DNA of 64,000 bases from an uncultured Dictyoglomota bacterium (lineage in GTDB: Bacteria; Dictyoglomota; Dictyoglomia; Dictyoglomales; Dictyoglomaceae), in NCBI GenBank assembly GCA_964654465.1, contig CAZZIO010000065.1, positions 96,001 through 160,000 of the forward strand, written 5' to 3'. Below, piece after piece: positions 18,495-26,885 of this stretch. The position numbers were made by a program, and so were the translations under genes. Position 1 is the stretch's first letter; each line of letters opens with the position of its first letter. The notes under the pieces are model-generated. The model saw only the letters and a program-made list of their open reading frames with translations, was not told the origin of the DNA and made no database searches.

Positions 18495-19467
18495 TGAATT
18501 TTCCTCCCTTCACTAAATGACATGCCACATAATGTCCATCTTCTACTTCCTTATATTCTGGCTCTACTTCTCCACATATATCTTGAGCATATGGACACCT
18601 TGGATGGAACCTACAGCCAGATGGGGGATTCACAAGGCTTGGTGGGTTTCCAGGAATAGGTCTTAATGAACCCTCTTTTGCATTTATATCAAGAGTAGAT
18701 GAAATTAAACCTTGAGAATATGGATGTAATGGATTTCTAATAAACTTCTCAGTAGATGCATACTCTGATATCTTTCCTGCATACATAACCATTATTGTAT
18801 CAGCAAAATTCATAGCCAGTGTAATATCGTGAGTAATAAATATTACACTAGTTTTAAATTCTTCCTTCATGTCAGAAAGAAGATTCAATATTTGGGCTCT
18901 TACTGTAACATCCAAAGCTGTAGTAGGCTCATCAGCTATAACAAGCTTAGGATTACATGCAAGAGCTATTGCAATCATAACCCTTTGTCTCATCCCACCT
19001 GAAAATTGGAATGGATAATCCCAAACTCTCGTCTTATATTCAGGAATTCCTACAAGCCTTAAAAGTTCGATAGCTCTATCCCTTGCTTCCTTATCAGACA
19101 TTACTTTATGCCACAAAATAGGTTCCATTATCTGGATACCTACTCTCATTATGGGGTTCAAACTGGTCATTGGATCTTGGAAAACAATAGAAATATCTTT
19201 ACCCCTTACTTGTCTCAGTTCTTCTTTATTTAGTTTCAATAAATCCTTACCATCAAAAATAGCTTCTCCATCTACTATTCTTCCATTTCTTTTAATAAGC
19301 CTTAAAAGAGAAAGAACCGAAACAGTTTTTCCAGATCCACTTTCGCCCACAATCGCAAGAGTCTCCCCATAATTTACCTTATAACTTATACCATCAACCG
19401 CTTTTACAACACCATCATATCTATCAAAATAGGTCTTTAAATTATTAACTCTTAATAGTTCTGCCAT
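18487..19467 (-). CDS. oppD: Opp/Dpp-type ABC ATPase
   Basis: [27 protein letters not shown] 19467 (MAELLRV) follows a GGAGTGAGG RBS. Confidence 0.93.
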   Translation of the reverse strand: MAELLRVNNLKTYFDRYDGVVKAVDGISYKVNYGETLAIVGESGSGKTVSVLSLLRLIKRNGRIVDGEAIFDGKDLLKLNKEELRQVRGKDISIVFQDPMTSLNPIMRVGIQIMEPILWHKVMSDKEARDRAIELLRLVGIPEYKTRVWDYPFQFSGGMRQRVMIAIALACNPKLVIADEPTTALDVTVRAQILNLLSDMKEEFKTSVIFITHDITLAMNFADTIMVMYAGKISEYASTEKFIRNPLHPYSQGLISSTLDINAKEGSLRPIPGNPPSLVNPPSGCRFHPRCPYAQDICGEVEPEYKEVEDGHYVACHLVKGGKFNA

Positions 19468-19471
19468 GGCT

Positions 19472-20343
19472 TTATACCTCACTCCTTGGATTTAATGCAT
19501 CTCTTAAACCATCACCTACATATGTAAAGGCAAGAAGAGTAAGAGCAAAAGTAGGAATGGGAAGATCACCATATGAGGAAATCCCATTATATAACCAATT
19601 CCAGCTCCAATCATATTACCCCAAGAAGGCATTGGTGGTCTTACTCCCATTCCAATTAAAGCAAGACCTGCTTCAATCCATATTCCATTTGGTATACCAA
19701 AGGCTAAACTTACAATAATTGGTCCTAACATATTGGGAAGTATATATTTTCTAATAATATACGATTCTTTAGCTCCTAAAGCTCTTGCCGCTTCAACAAA
19801 TTCTGCATGTTTTAGATACATAACCATACCTCTTATTAAACGAGCCATTCCTGCCCATCCTGTAAGTCCAACAGCAACAAGAATTGTAAAAAGACCTCTA
19901 CCCATAACAGTAACTAAAATAACGTTAAAAAGGAAAGTAGGAAACGCATACATTATATCTGTTATTCTCATAAGGAGTGTATCTATCATTCCACCTCTAT
20001 ATCCTGCGATAGAGCCTATTATTACTCCAATAATAAGTACCACTATTTGGGAACCAAAACCCACTAACAGAGCATTTCTCATAGCATATAAATTTCTACT
20101 AAACATATCTCTTCCAAGGTCATCAGTACCCCACCAAAATTTGGCACTCGGCTTTTCAAAAGTATGAGCATAGTGGGGTTCATCATAAGGATAGGGAGCA
20201 ATCCATGGGGTAAATATGGAGACAATTATTATTATGATAATATAGATTAATCCAGCAACTGCCATTTTATTTCTTTTAAATCTTCTCCAAGCAGAACTCC
20301 AATAGCTTGATCTTTTAACCTTTCTATTTATTGCAACTTCCAT
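19472..20343 (-). pseudogene. oppC: Opp permease C with a 1-nt frameshift near 19555 (real lesion or sequence error)
   Basis: GTDDLGRD, EFVEAARALG, PSWG; the canonical tail TFALTLLAFTYVGDGLRDALNPRSEV* lies in a different frame and ends at 19472. Confidence 0.8.
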
Positions 20344-20375
20344 TTAGTAAAAACCTCCTTTTTCCTTTGAGCCTT

Positions 20376-21338
20376 TTATTCATATTTAATTCTTGGATCA
20401 AGAAATGCATATATAATATCAACCAACAAGTTCATTGACATTACAGAAAGAGAAAGGATAAAAGTAGATGTTACCAATAATGGATAATCTCTCATAGATG
20501 CAGCATTAACAAAGAGCTGACCAAGACCAGGCACCCTAAATAGGTTTTCAATCCATACAGTACCTGTAAACAAAAAAGCAAGTTGAGGTCCAATAATAGT
20601 AACAATTGGAATCAAAGAGTTTCTTAAAGCATGTCTCATAATAACTGCTCTATCAGGTCCGCCTTTTGCATAAGCAGTTCTTATATAATCCTGATTAAGA
20701 ACATCTAAAAGACTTGATCTCATAAATCTTGCAATTACTGCCATAGGACCTAAACCGACAGCTATAACGGGCATAATCATTTGTTTTGGAGATTCCCATC
20801 CCGATGAAGGAAGCCATCTTAACCAAACACTAAAAACAAGTACCATAATAACTCCAATCAAATAAGCTGGAATGATACTTCCAAGCATAGAGAAGAACAT
20901 AGAAACATAATCTATCCATGTATTTCTTTTAAGAGCAGCAATAATTCCGAGAGGAATTCCAACAAGTACAGCAAGAGCCATAGATAAGATAGCAAGAGTA
21001 AAGGTAACTGGGAATCTTCGTGCAATTTGAACCTCAATAGGCTCATTAGGATTTGAAAAAGAAGGACCAAACTTAAATCTAAATGCATCTTTCAAATAAT
21101 TCCAAATCTGTTTCCACAAAGGTACATTTAAACCATATTTTTCTTCAAACCCTTTTATTAAAACTTGCAATTGCTCAGGAGTTAATGTTGCAACTTTACC
21201 TGCGCTTGCCTGGAACTGAGCAATATTGAAAAAATCACCAGGTGCAAGCCACATAAGAATATATGTGATAATAATTACCACAACAATTGAGACAAAAATA
21301 GTAAAAAGCCTACGTATTATATACTTTATAAGCCCCAT
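20376..21338 (-). CDS. oppB: Opp permease B
   Basis: DYIRTAYAKG, RHALRNSLIP, RDYPL, DIIYAFLDPRI. Confidence 0.93.
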   Translation of the reverse strand: MGLIKYIIRRLFTIFVSIVVVIIITYILMWLAPGDFFNIAQFQASAGKVATLTPEQLQVLIKGFEEKYGLNVPLWKQIWNYLKDAFRFKFGPSFSNPNEPIEVQIARRFPVTFTLAILSMALAVLVGIPLGIIAALKRNTWIDYVSMFFSMLGSIIPAYLIGVIMVLVFSVWLRWLPSSGWESPKQMIMPVIAVGLGPMAVIARFMRSSLLDVLNQDYIRTAYAKGGPDRAVIMRHALRNSLIPIVTIIGPQLAFLFTGTVWIENLFRVPGLGQLFVNAASMRDYPLLVTSTFILSLSVMSMNLLVDIIYAFLDPRIKYE

Positions 21339-21364
21339 ACTTTACCTCCTTTTAATAACAATTT

Positions 21365-21393
21365 AAAAAAGGGGAGGGCAATTATCCCTCCCC
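21365..21393 (-). terminator. Terminator-like hairpin between oppA and oppB
   Basis: Minus strand GGGGAGGG-ataattg-CCCTCCCC-TTTTTT. Confidence 0.75.
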
Positions 21394-21420
21394 CTATTCT
21401 ATCAAAAACTTAATCTATTT

Positions 21421-23364
21421 TTAATCCTTGAGATTTAGATATTTGAAATTGAAGAATCCAGGACCCCAAGAGAACTTATAGAGCATCAAACCTTCAAGTT
21501 TTGGATTCTTTACCCATTGAGCCTTTGCAAGATAAACTGGCACCATATAGTATCTATCTTGCATACCCTGTAATGCATAATGGGCAATCTTAACTGCTTC
21601 ACTAAATGGTCTATTTATAGCTCTAAATCTCCATCTATATGCTTGCTTACTTTCCTTGGAAAGGTTAAGATACCAGTTTTGGAATATTTCTTGCCCTGTA
21701 ATTTCTCTTCCAGCAAGTCTCCAATAATTTGTCTTCTCTTCCTTTGTCTTTGCTGCCTTCCATTTTTCATATAATTCATCAAAACGCTCAAACCAGGTTG
21801 GTTTTCTTGCAATATCTTCTTTCCAAAGTTTCTCAGGTTCATTATCTACAATCTTCTTCCAAGTTTCATATAATGTCTTCCTCTTCTCAAGAAGTGGTGC
21901 CCAATCTGCCTGTGTTAATCCACCATCTTTTCTTAACCAAGCATCATTTTCTTGGTTAAGTTCATGATATCTCTTCCTTGCAGAAGTTGGGAAGTCATAG
22001 AACCATACTGTATGATCAGAGTTCTTAAAGAGAGCTCCAATTTCCAAGTTGTTCATTGGGGCACCTATTACAGTAAATCCTGCCTTAGCATCTGGTGAGA
22101 ATGATGGCCATACATAAGAGTTCCAATAAAGTCCAGACTCTACGTTTTCTATTATAACATTTATACCAAGATTCTTTTTCCATTGATCTACTATAAATTC
22201 TACAACAGGATCTCCGCCACCAGTTATGTAGAATACAAGAGTCTTAAGTCCTTTTCCTCCTGGATATCCTGCTTCAGCAAGTAGTTGTTGTGCCTTCTTT
22301 ACATCAAATGGAATTGCCTTCATTTTGTCTCCTATTGGGTTACCATCTGGCCAATACTTGGCAAGAGGCAATGCCCTACCACCAAGTACATCTTTACAGA
22401 GTTTTTCCCTATCTATTGCCATTGCGAGAGCTTGTCTTAATTTAAGATTGTCCATTACAGGATCAAATCCACGAGACCATTGATAACCATTCCAGAAACA
22501 ATCCATTACATCCTCATGAAATTCCTTGGAAAGTTTTGGATCTGCCATGACAAACCTATATTCTGCAACGTTTCCTATCATTGCTGCATCAAGCTCTCCT
22601 GCCATGTATTGTTGAAGTCCAAGTCCTCCGAACTTAAGCACAATCTTATCTACATTACCAGTTTCACCTACATATTTTGGATTTTTGACTAATACCATAT
22701 CTTTACCAGGTGTCCATGATACCGGTATATATGGTCCATTTACTACTATTTTCCCGGGTCTCCACCAATTCTGTGGATCTGCCTCTACAGACTTCCTGTG
22801 AATTGGTACTCCCTGTGCTACGCAGAGCCATTCTTTCATATCGTATCTTGGTACATCAAGTCTAATTTCTAAGGTGTAATCATCAAGAGCTTTTACTCCA
22901 AGTTTACTTGGATCTTCCGCACCACTTTTTACTGCCCAGAAATTCTCAAAAAACTGAAGTGGTCCTGCCCACGCAGGTAAATCTTGAATCTTTGGACTTG
23001 CATAATATCTGAAGGACCACTCAAAATCTTTTGCTGTTACTGGATCTCCGTTAGACCATCTCTTATCTTTTCTCAATTTGAATGTCCATACTTTATAATC
23101 TTTAGATACCTTATAGCTTTGAGCAATAACAGGTACTACCTTTACTCCACCAAGTCCCTTAGGATCTGGTGCATATCCAAATAGACCTTCAAATATTGTA
23201 CCTTGAGCTAATATATGTTGGGCTTGCCAATAGTAAGGAATTAATCCTGGTGTATCCCAAAATGGTAAACTAACGACTTTTTCTTTTTGTCCACTTACCA
23301 CTCCAGAAAGAAGAAGAACAGAAATCAAAACTAACAAGATAATTAAACCTTTTTTGTTACGCAT
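21421..23364 (-). CDS. oppA: Family-5 solute-binding protein, probably oligosaccharide-binding
   Basis: Signal peptide; IFEGL, WSNGDPVTAKDF, NGPY, LRQALAMAIDRE, AQQLLAEAGYP; GH5 context. Confidence 0.9.
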   Translation of the reverse strand: MRNKKGLIILLVLISVLLLSGVVSGQKEKVVSLPFWDTPGLIPYYWQAQHILAQGTIFEGLFGYAPDPKGLGGVKVVPVIAQSYKVSKDYKVWTFKLRKDKRWSNGDPVTAKDFEWSFRYYASPKIQDLPAWAGPLQFFENFWAVKSGAEDPSKLGVKALDDYTLEIRLDVPRYDMKEWLCVAQGVPIHRKSVEADPQNWWRPGKIVVNGPYIPVSWTPGKDMVLVKNPKYVGETGNVDKIVLKFGGLGLQQYMAGELDAAMIGNVAEYRFVMADPKLSKEFHEDVMDCFWNGYQWSRGFDPVMDNLKLRQALAMAIDREKLCKDVLGGRALPLAKYWPDGNPIGDKMKAIPFDVKKAQQLLAEAGYPGGKGLKTLVFYITGGGDPVVEFIVDQWKKNLGINVIIENVESGLYWNSYVWPSFSPDAKAGFTVIGAPMNNLEIGALFKNSDHTVWFYDFPTSARKRYHELNQENDAWLRKDGGLTQADWAPLLEKRKTLYETWKKIVDNEPEKLWKEDIARKPTWFERFDELYEKWKAAKTKEEKTNYWRLAGREITGQEIFQNWYLNLSKESKQAYRWRFRAINRPFSEAVKIAHYALQGMQDRYYMVPVYLAKAQWVKNPKLEGLMLYKFSWGPGFFNFKYLNLKD

Positions 23365-23406
23365 CTAATCACTCCTCCCCCAAAAAGATTAAAGGTTCAT
23401 TAAAGA

Positions 23407-23505
23407 AAAACGTTTTGAGAATTTGTTTTTGCTTAAATATCACCTCCTTAGCTCGCTGTGAATATTTTCAAAATAATTTTATCTTAAACTAATTTTTTTT
23501 GTCAA
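23407..23505 (-). promoter_or_regulatory. opp operon promoter with two operator-like palindromes
   Basis: Minus strand TTGACA (23505-23500)-18 bp-TAAAAT (23481-23476); TGAAAATATTCACA at 23457-23470; AAAACGTTTT at 23407-23416. Confidence 0.65.
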
Positions 23506-23646
23506 TAGAATTTTAAGAAAAAATTAAGAAAATTACATTACTTTAAAGATTTCTATCTGAAAAAAACTTATTATTTTCAATTTGCTATAATTATTGTAAA
23601 GTTTGTATAATATCATACAAAAAAAATAAAAAGGGGTGAAAAATAA

Positions 23647-24663
23647 TTGAAAAAAGTAAAGATAAACATAAGAGACATAGCAAAACTTGCAAACGTATCA
23701 GTAGCAACTGTTTCAAGGGTTATTAATGGAAGTCCTAATGTTAGTGAAAAAACAAGAAAAAAAGTATTAAAAATTATTCAAGAATATGACTACCATCCCA
23801 GTGCTTTTGCTCAAAAATTATCAAAAGCGAGAACTCAAATTGTTTCTCTCATTATCCCATATGAAAGAGGGTTTATTCTTTCAGACGCCTTCTTTCCTCC
23901 TTTGATTAAAGGAATAACAGAAATATTAGATAGAAATGAATATAATATTATGTTATCAATGCTTGAAACACCCTATATTCCAGAAAAATATATATCTTTA
24001 TATAAACAGGGTGTAGTAGATGGCTATATATTAGCAAACGTGAAAAAAGACGATCCTTTTCCTGAAATGTTATATAATGACAATATACCTTTTGTAAGTG
24101 TTGGCAAAGTTTCATCAAAACTTAAAAAATATCCATATGTAGATACTGATAACGTAAAAGGAGCATATGATGCCACTATTTATTTCTTAGAAAAAGGTCA
24201 TAAACGTATAGCCCTTCTTAAAGGAAATAACACTCATAGCTTTATACAAGAAAGATATGAAGGCTATATTTTAGCATTAAAAAGATATGGAGTTAAACCT
24301 GATCCAAAATTAATAGTTGAAGAAAGCTTAACTATTGACGGTGGCTACAAAGCTATGAAGAAACTTTTAAAACTTGAAAATCCACCCAGTGCTGTGTTAG
24401 CTTGTAGCGACTACATGGCAATAGGAGCTATAAATGCTGCTATAGAAGAAAATTGGGAAGTACCAGATGATATATCCGTAATTGGTTTTGACGATCTATA
24501 TATAGATGCAAGAATAGATCCACCTCTTGCTTCTGTAAGACAGGAAATTGAAGAGATGGGTCAAGAATCAGCAAGACTCTTCTTACATATTCTTGATAAT
24601 CCTAACGATTACGAACCCAAAATTATACCAGCTACTTTTATATGGAGAAAATCCGCCGGATAA
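23647..24663 (+). CDS. LacI-family regulator, divergent from the opp-GH5 operon
   Basis: IRDIAKLANVSVATVSRVIN HTH; VPDDISVIGFDD. Confidence 0.93.
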   Translation: MKKVKINIRDIAKLANVSVATVSRVINGSPNVSEKTRKKVLKIIQEYDYHPSAFAQKLSKARTQIVSLIIPYERGFILSDAFFPPLIKGITEILDRNEYNIMLSMLETPYIPEKYISLYKQGVVDGYILANVKKDDPFPEMLYNDNIPFVSVGKVSSKLKKYPYVDTDNVKGAYDATIYFLEKGHKRIALLKGNNTHSFIQERYEGYILALKRYGVKPDPKLIVEESLTIDGGYKAMKKLLKLENPPSAVLACSDYMAIGAINAAIEENWEVPDDISVIGFDDLYIDARIDPPLASVRQEIEEMGQESARLFLHILDNPNDYEPKIIPATFIWRKSAG

Positions 24664-24665
24664 TG

Positions 24666-25559
24666 TCAGATAATATCTTTTTCCTCTGAAATAATCTTTA
24701 CATTACCTACACCAGCTTTAACCCTTAAATGTATTATTTCTTTACTGCTTTCTTTTCCTTGTTCTATATTCTTATCCACTGTTACCTTTCCAATTCCAGC
24801 TTCTGTTGTAAGATCTAAAACACTACCTTTTGGAATATATACACTTATATTACCTACTCCACCTTCTACTTCTACATAACAGGATCTCTTGGGTAAAAAA
24901 ATTTTTATATTGCCTACTCCACCTTTCACTTCCAAATTATTTAACTTAAAATTTCTCATATCTAAGGTGCTATTTCCAACGCCTGAATTAAATACAAGAT
25001 CTATATTAGTATTAGAATTGATTTCTATGTCTACTTCATCTAATTTACCTATTCTTCCAAAAAAAGGAATCTCTCTATCAAAATCTTCAAAATTAAGACA
25101 TAAACTCAAACTACCATTTATTTCTTCATCTTTTACTTTATTAATCTTAAAACCTGTATTAGAATTTATATATATCAGATCTCCTTTATTATCTTTCTCA
25201 AAACCTCTTAACAATACATTTCTGTTACCAACAGAAATACTTAAACTAATAGATTTTAAATTCTCTCTAAAAGGATACCTCCATTCTCTATAAAAATTAT
25301 GGCCTCTGTTCCTAAAATATTGACTACTATAAGGAGAGAAAAAGATTATTAGTATAACTAAGCCGATAATTATCAAAACTAAAACCCAACCAAACCATCT
25401 CTTTTCTCCTAATATTAAATCAAGTCCCCAAAAAATAAATATTAACGGCCAAAATCTAAGAAAATCTTTTAAATAGAACCTGATTATTCCTATCTCTGAT
25501 AATAACAATAACACTCCTATTAATATCAAAAAAATTCCAAATATGGATACTCTTCTCAT
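24666..25559 (-). CDS. LiaI/LiaF-LiaG-like (DUF5668 plus toast-rack) envelope-stress membrane protein
   Basis: GIFLILIGVLLLL...FWPLIFIFWG N-terminus; repeated GVGN/GIGK beta motifs. Confidence 0.75.
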   Translation of the reverse strand: MRRVSIFGIFLILIGVLLLLSEIGIIRFYLKDFLRFWPLIFIFWGLDLILGEKRWFGWVLVLIIIGLVILIIFFSPYSSQYFRNRGHNFYREWRYPFRENLKSISLSISVGNRNVLLRGFEKDNKGDLIYINSNTGFKINKVKDEEINGSLSLCLNFEDFDREIPFFGRIGKLDEVDIEINSNTNIDLVFNSGVGNSTLDMRNFKLNNLEVKGGVGNIKIFLPKRSCYVEVEGGVGNISVYIPKGSVLDLTTEAGIGKVTVDKNIEQGKESSKEIIHLRVKAGVGNVKIISEEKDII

Positions 25560-25574
25560 AATCTTTTCCTCCTT

Positions 25575-25961
25575 TTATTTTTTGAACATCAATAAAAATC
25601 CTATGATTATAAGAGTTAAAGCCAAAACAATATTAAAAGATATGGTAAAAAAGTTAAAAGTTTTTCCCAAAAAATAAACTCCTATAGCAAGAAGAATCCA
25701 ACCTAAAAGTTCATTTTTATGAGCATATATATCCTTTCTTTCTAATTCTCCATCTTCCTGTGATCCTTCTTCATACCATGGAGCTTCTGGTATAACTATT
25801 GCACAAAGAAGGTATAAAAGAAAACTAAAAGGACCCAATATTAAGATGGAAAATATAAAAATTAGTCTAATAATAACTGGATCTATACCCAAATACTCAC
25901 CTATACCACCACTTACACCAAGAAAAACCCTATTTTTTTTGCTTCTATAAAGTCTCTTCAT
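25575..25961 (-). CDS. pspC: PspC-domain protein with C-terminal TM helices
   Basis: KRLYRSKKNRVFLGVSGGIGEYLGIDPVIIRL...AIVIPE. Confidence 0.88.
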   Translation of the reverse strand: MKRLYRSKKNRVFLGVSGGIGEYLGIDPVIIRLIFIFSILILGPFSFLLYLLCAIVIPEAPWYEEGSQEDGELERKDIYAHKNELLGWILLAIGVYFLGKTFNFFTISFNIVLALTLIIIGFLLMFKK

Positions 25962-25979
25962 TTTTAAAATCCCCCTTTC

Positions 25980-26228
25980 TTATAGATGTTGAATTGGCCC
26001 AGAAGGTGTTATATCATCATGTTCATTCTTCTCAGAAATATCAGGTTCTTCCGGTATTATAAGAGCAGAAAGAAAATATACTACAACAAGGGAAAAATTG
26101 AAGGCTATCAAAAAGAAAATAAAAATAAGCCTTATTATTGTTGGATCAATATTCAAATATTCTCCTATACCACCACATACACCAAGTATAACTCTGTTTT
26201 TCTTACTTCTATATAATCTTTTTTCCAT
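25980..26228 (-). CDS. pspC: PspC-domain protein
   Basis: KRLYRSKKNRVILGVCGGIGEYLNIDPTIIRL...LIIPEEP; GGAGGTGA RBS. Confidence 0.9.
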   Translation of the reverse strand: MEKRLYRSKKNRVILGVCGGIGEYLNIDPTIIRLIFIFFLIAFNFSLVVVYFLSALIIPEEPDISEKNEHDDITPSGPIQHL

Positions 26229-26254
26229 AAATTTATCACCTCCTCTACATATAA

Positions 26255-26281
26255 TACGAAGAAATATTAAAAAAAGTTGCC
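26255..26281 (-). promoter_or_regulatory. ECF-sigma-type promoter candidate
   Basis: Minus strand GGCAAC-17 bp-CGTA just upstream of the pspC RBS. Confidence 0.55.
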
Positions 26282-26369
26282 TTTTAATTAAGTTTTAAGA
26301 AAATTTTAACAATAACTCAAATTTCTCTTTTTAAAATATGTAGCAAAAATAAGAAAGGTAAGGTGATGG

Positions 26370-26885
26370 GTGTTGAATTATAAAAAGATACCAGTTTTGA
26401 GCTTAGGTTTAGCATTACTTATCTTGGGAAGTTATTTAAGTTTTTATCTACCCTTTACTACAGTCCCATTTACTCTACAAGTATTATTTTTGTTTTTAAT
26501 AAGTCTTTTCTTTTCACCTATGGAAACTTTCTATATTGTTTTCTCTTACCTAATATTAGGAGGTTTAGGGATTCCTGTATTCGCTGGAGGAAGAGGAGGC
26601 CTAAATATCCTTTTTGGAGCTACAGGAGGATATCTTTTTGGGTTCTTATTGGGAGGTATAACCATTTCTTTATTAAAAAGATATTCTGAGATCTTAGCCC
26701 TTATCTTTGGTATTTTTGTAATTTATTTATTAGGAAGCATGTGGCTTTCTATTGCTATAAAAATACCATATACAAAAGCAATCTTAACAGGAGTATTACC
26801 TTTTATACCCTATGACTTATTAAAAGGTATCATAGCACTAACAATATGGAACAAATTAAAAACTCACATAAAATCAAATAGTTAA
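26370..26885 (+). CDS. bioY: Biotin ECF S-component
   Basis: VPFTLQ, YLILGGLGIPVFAGG, GATGGYLFGF, PFIPYDLLK. Confidence 0.92.
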   Translation: MLNYKKIPVLSLGLALLILGSYLSFYLPFTTVPFTLQVLFLFLISLFFSPMETFYIVFSYLILGGLGIPVFAGGRGGLNILFGATGGYLFGFLLGGITISLLKRYSEILALIFGIFVIYLLGSMWLSIAIKIPYTKAILTGVLPFIPYDLLKGIIALTIWNKLKTHIKSNS

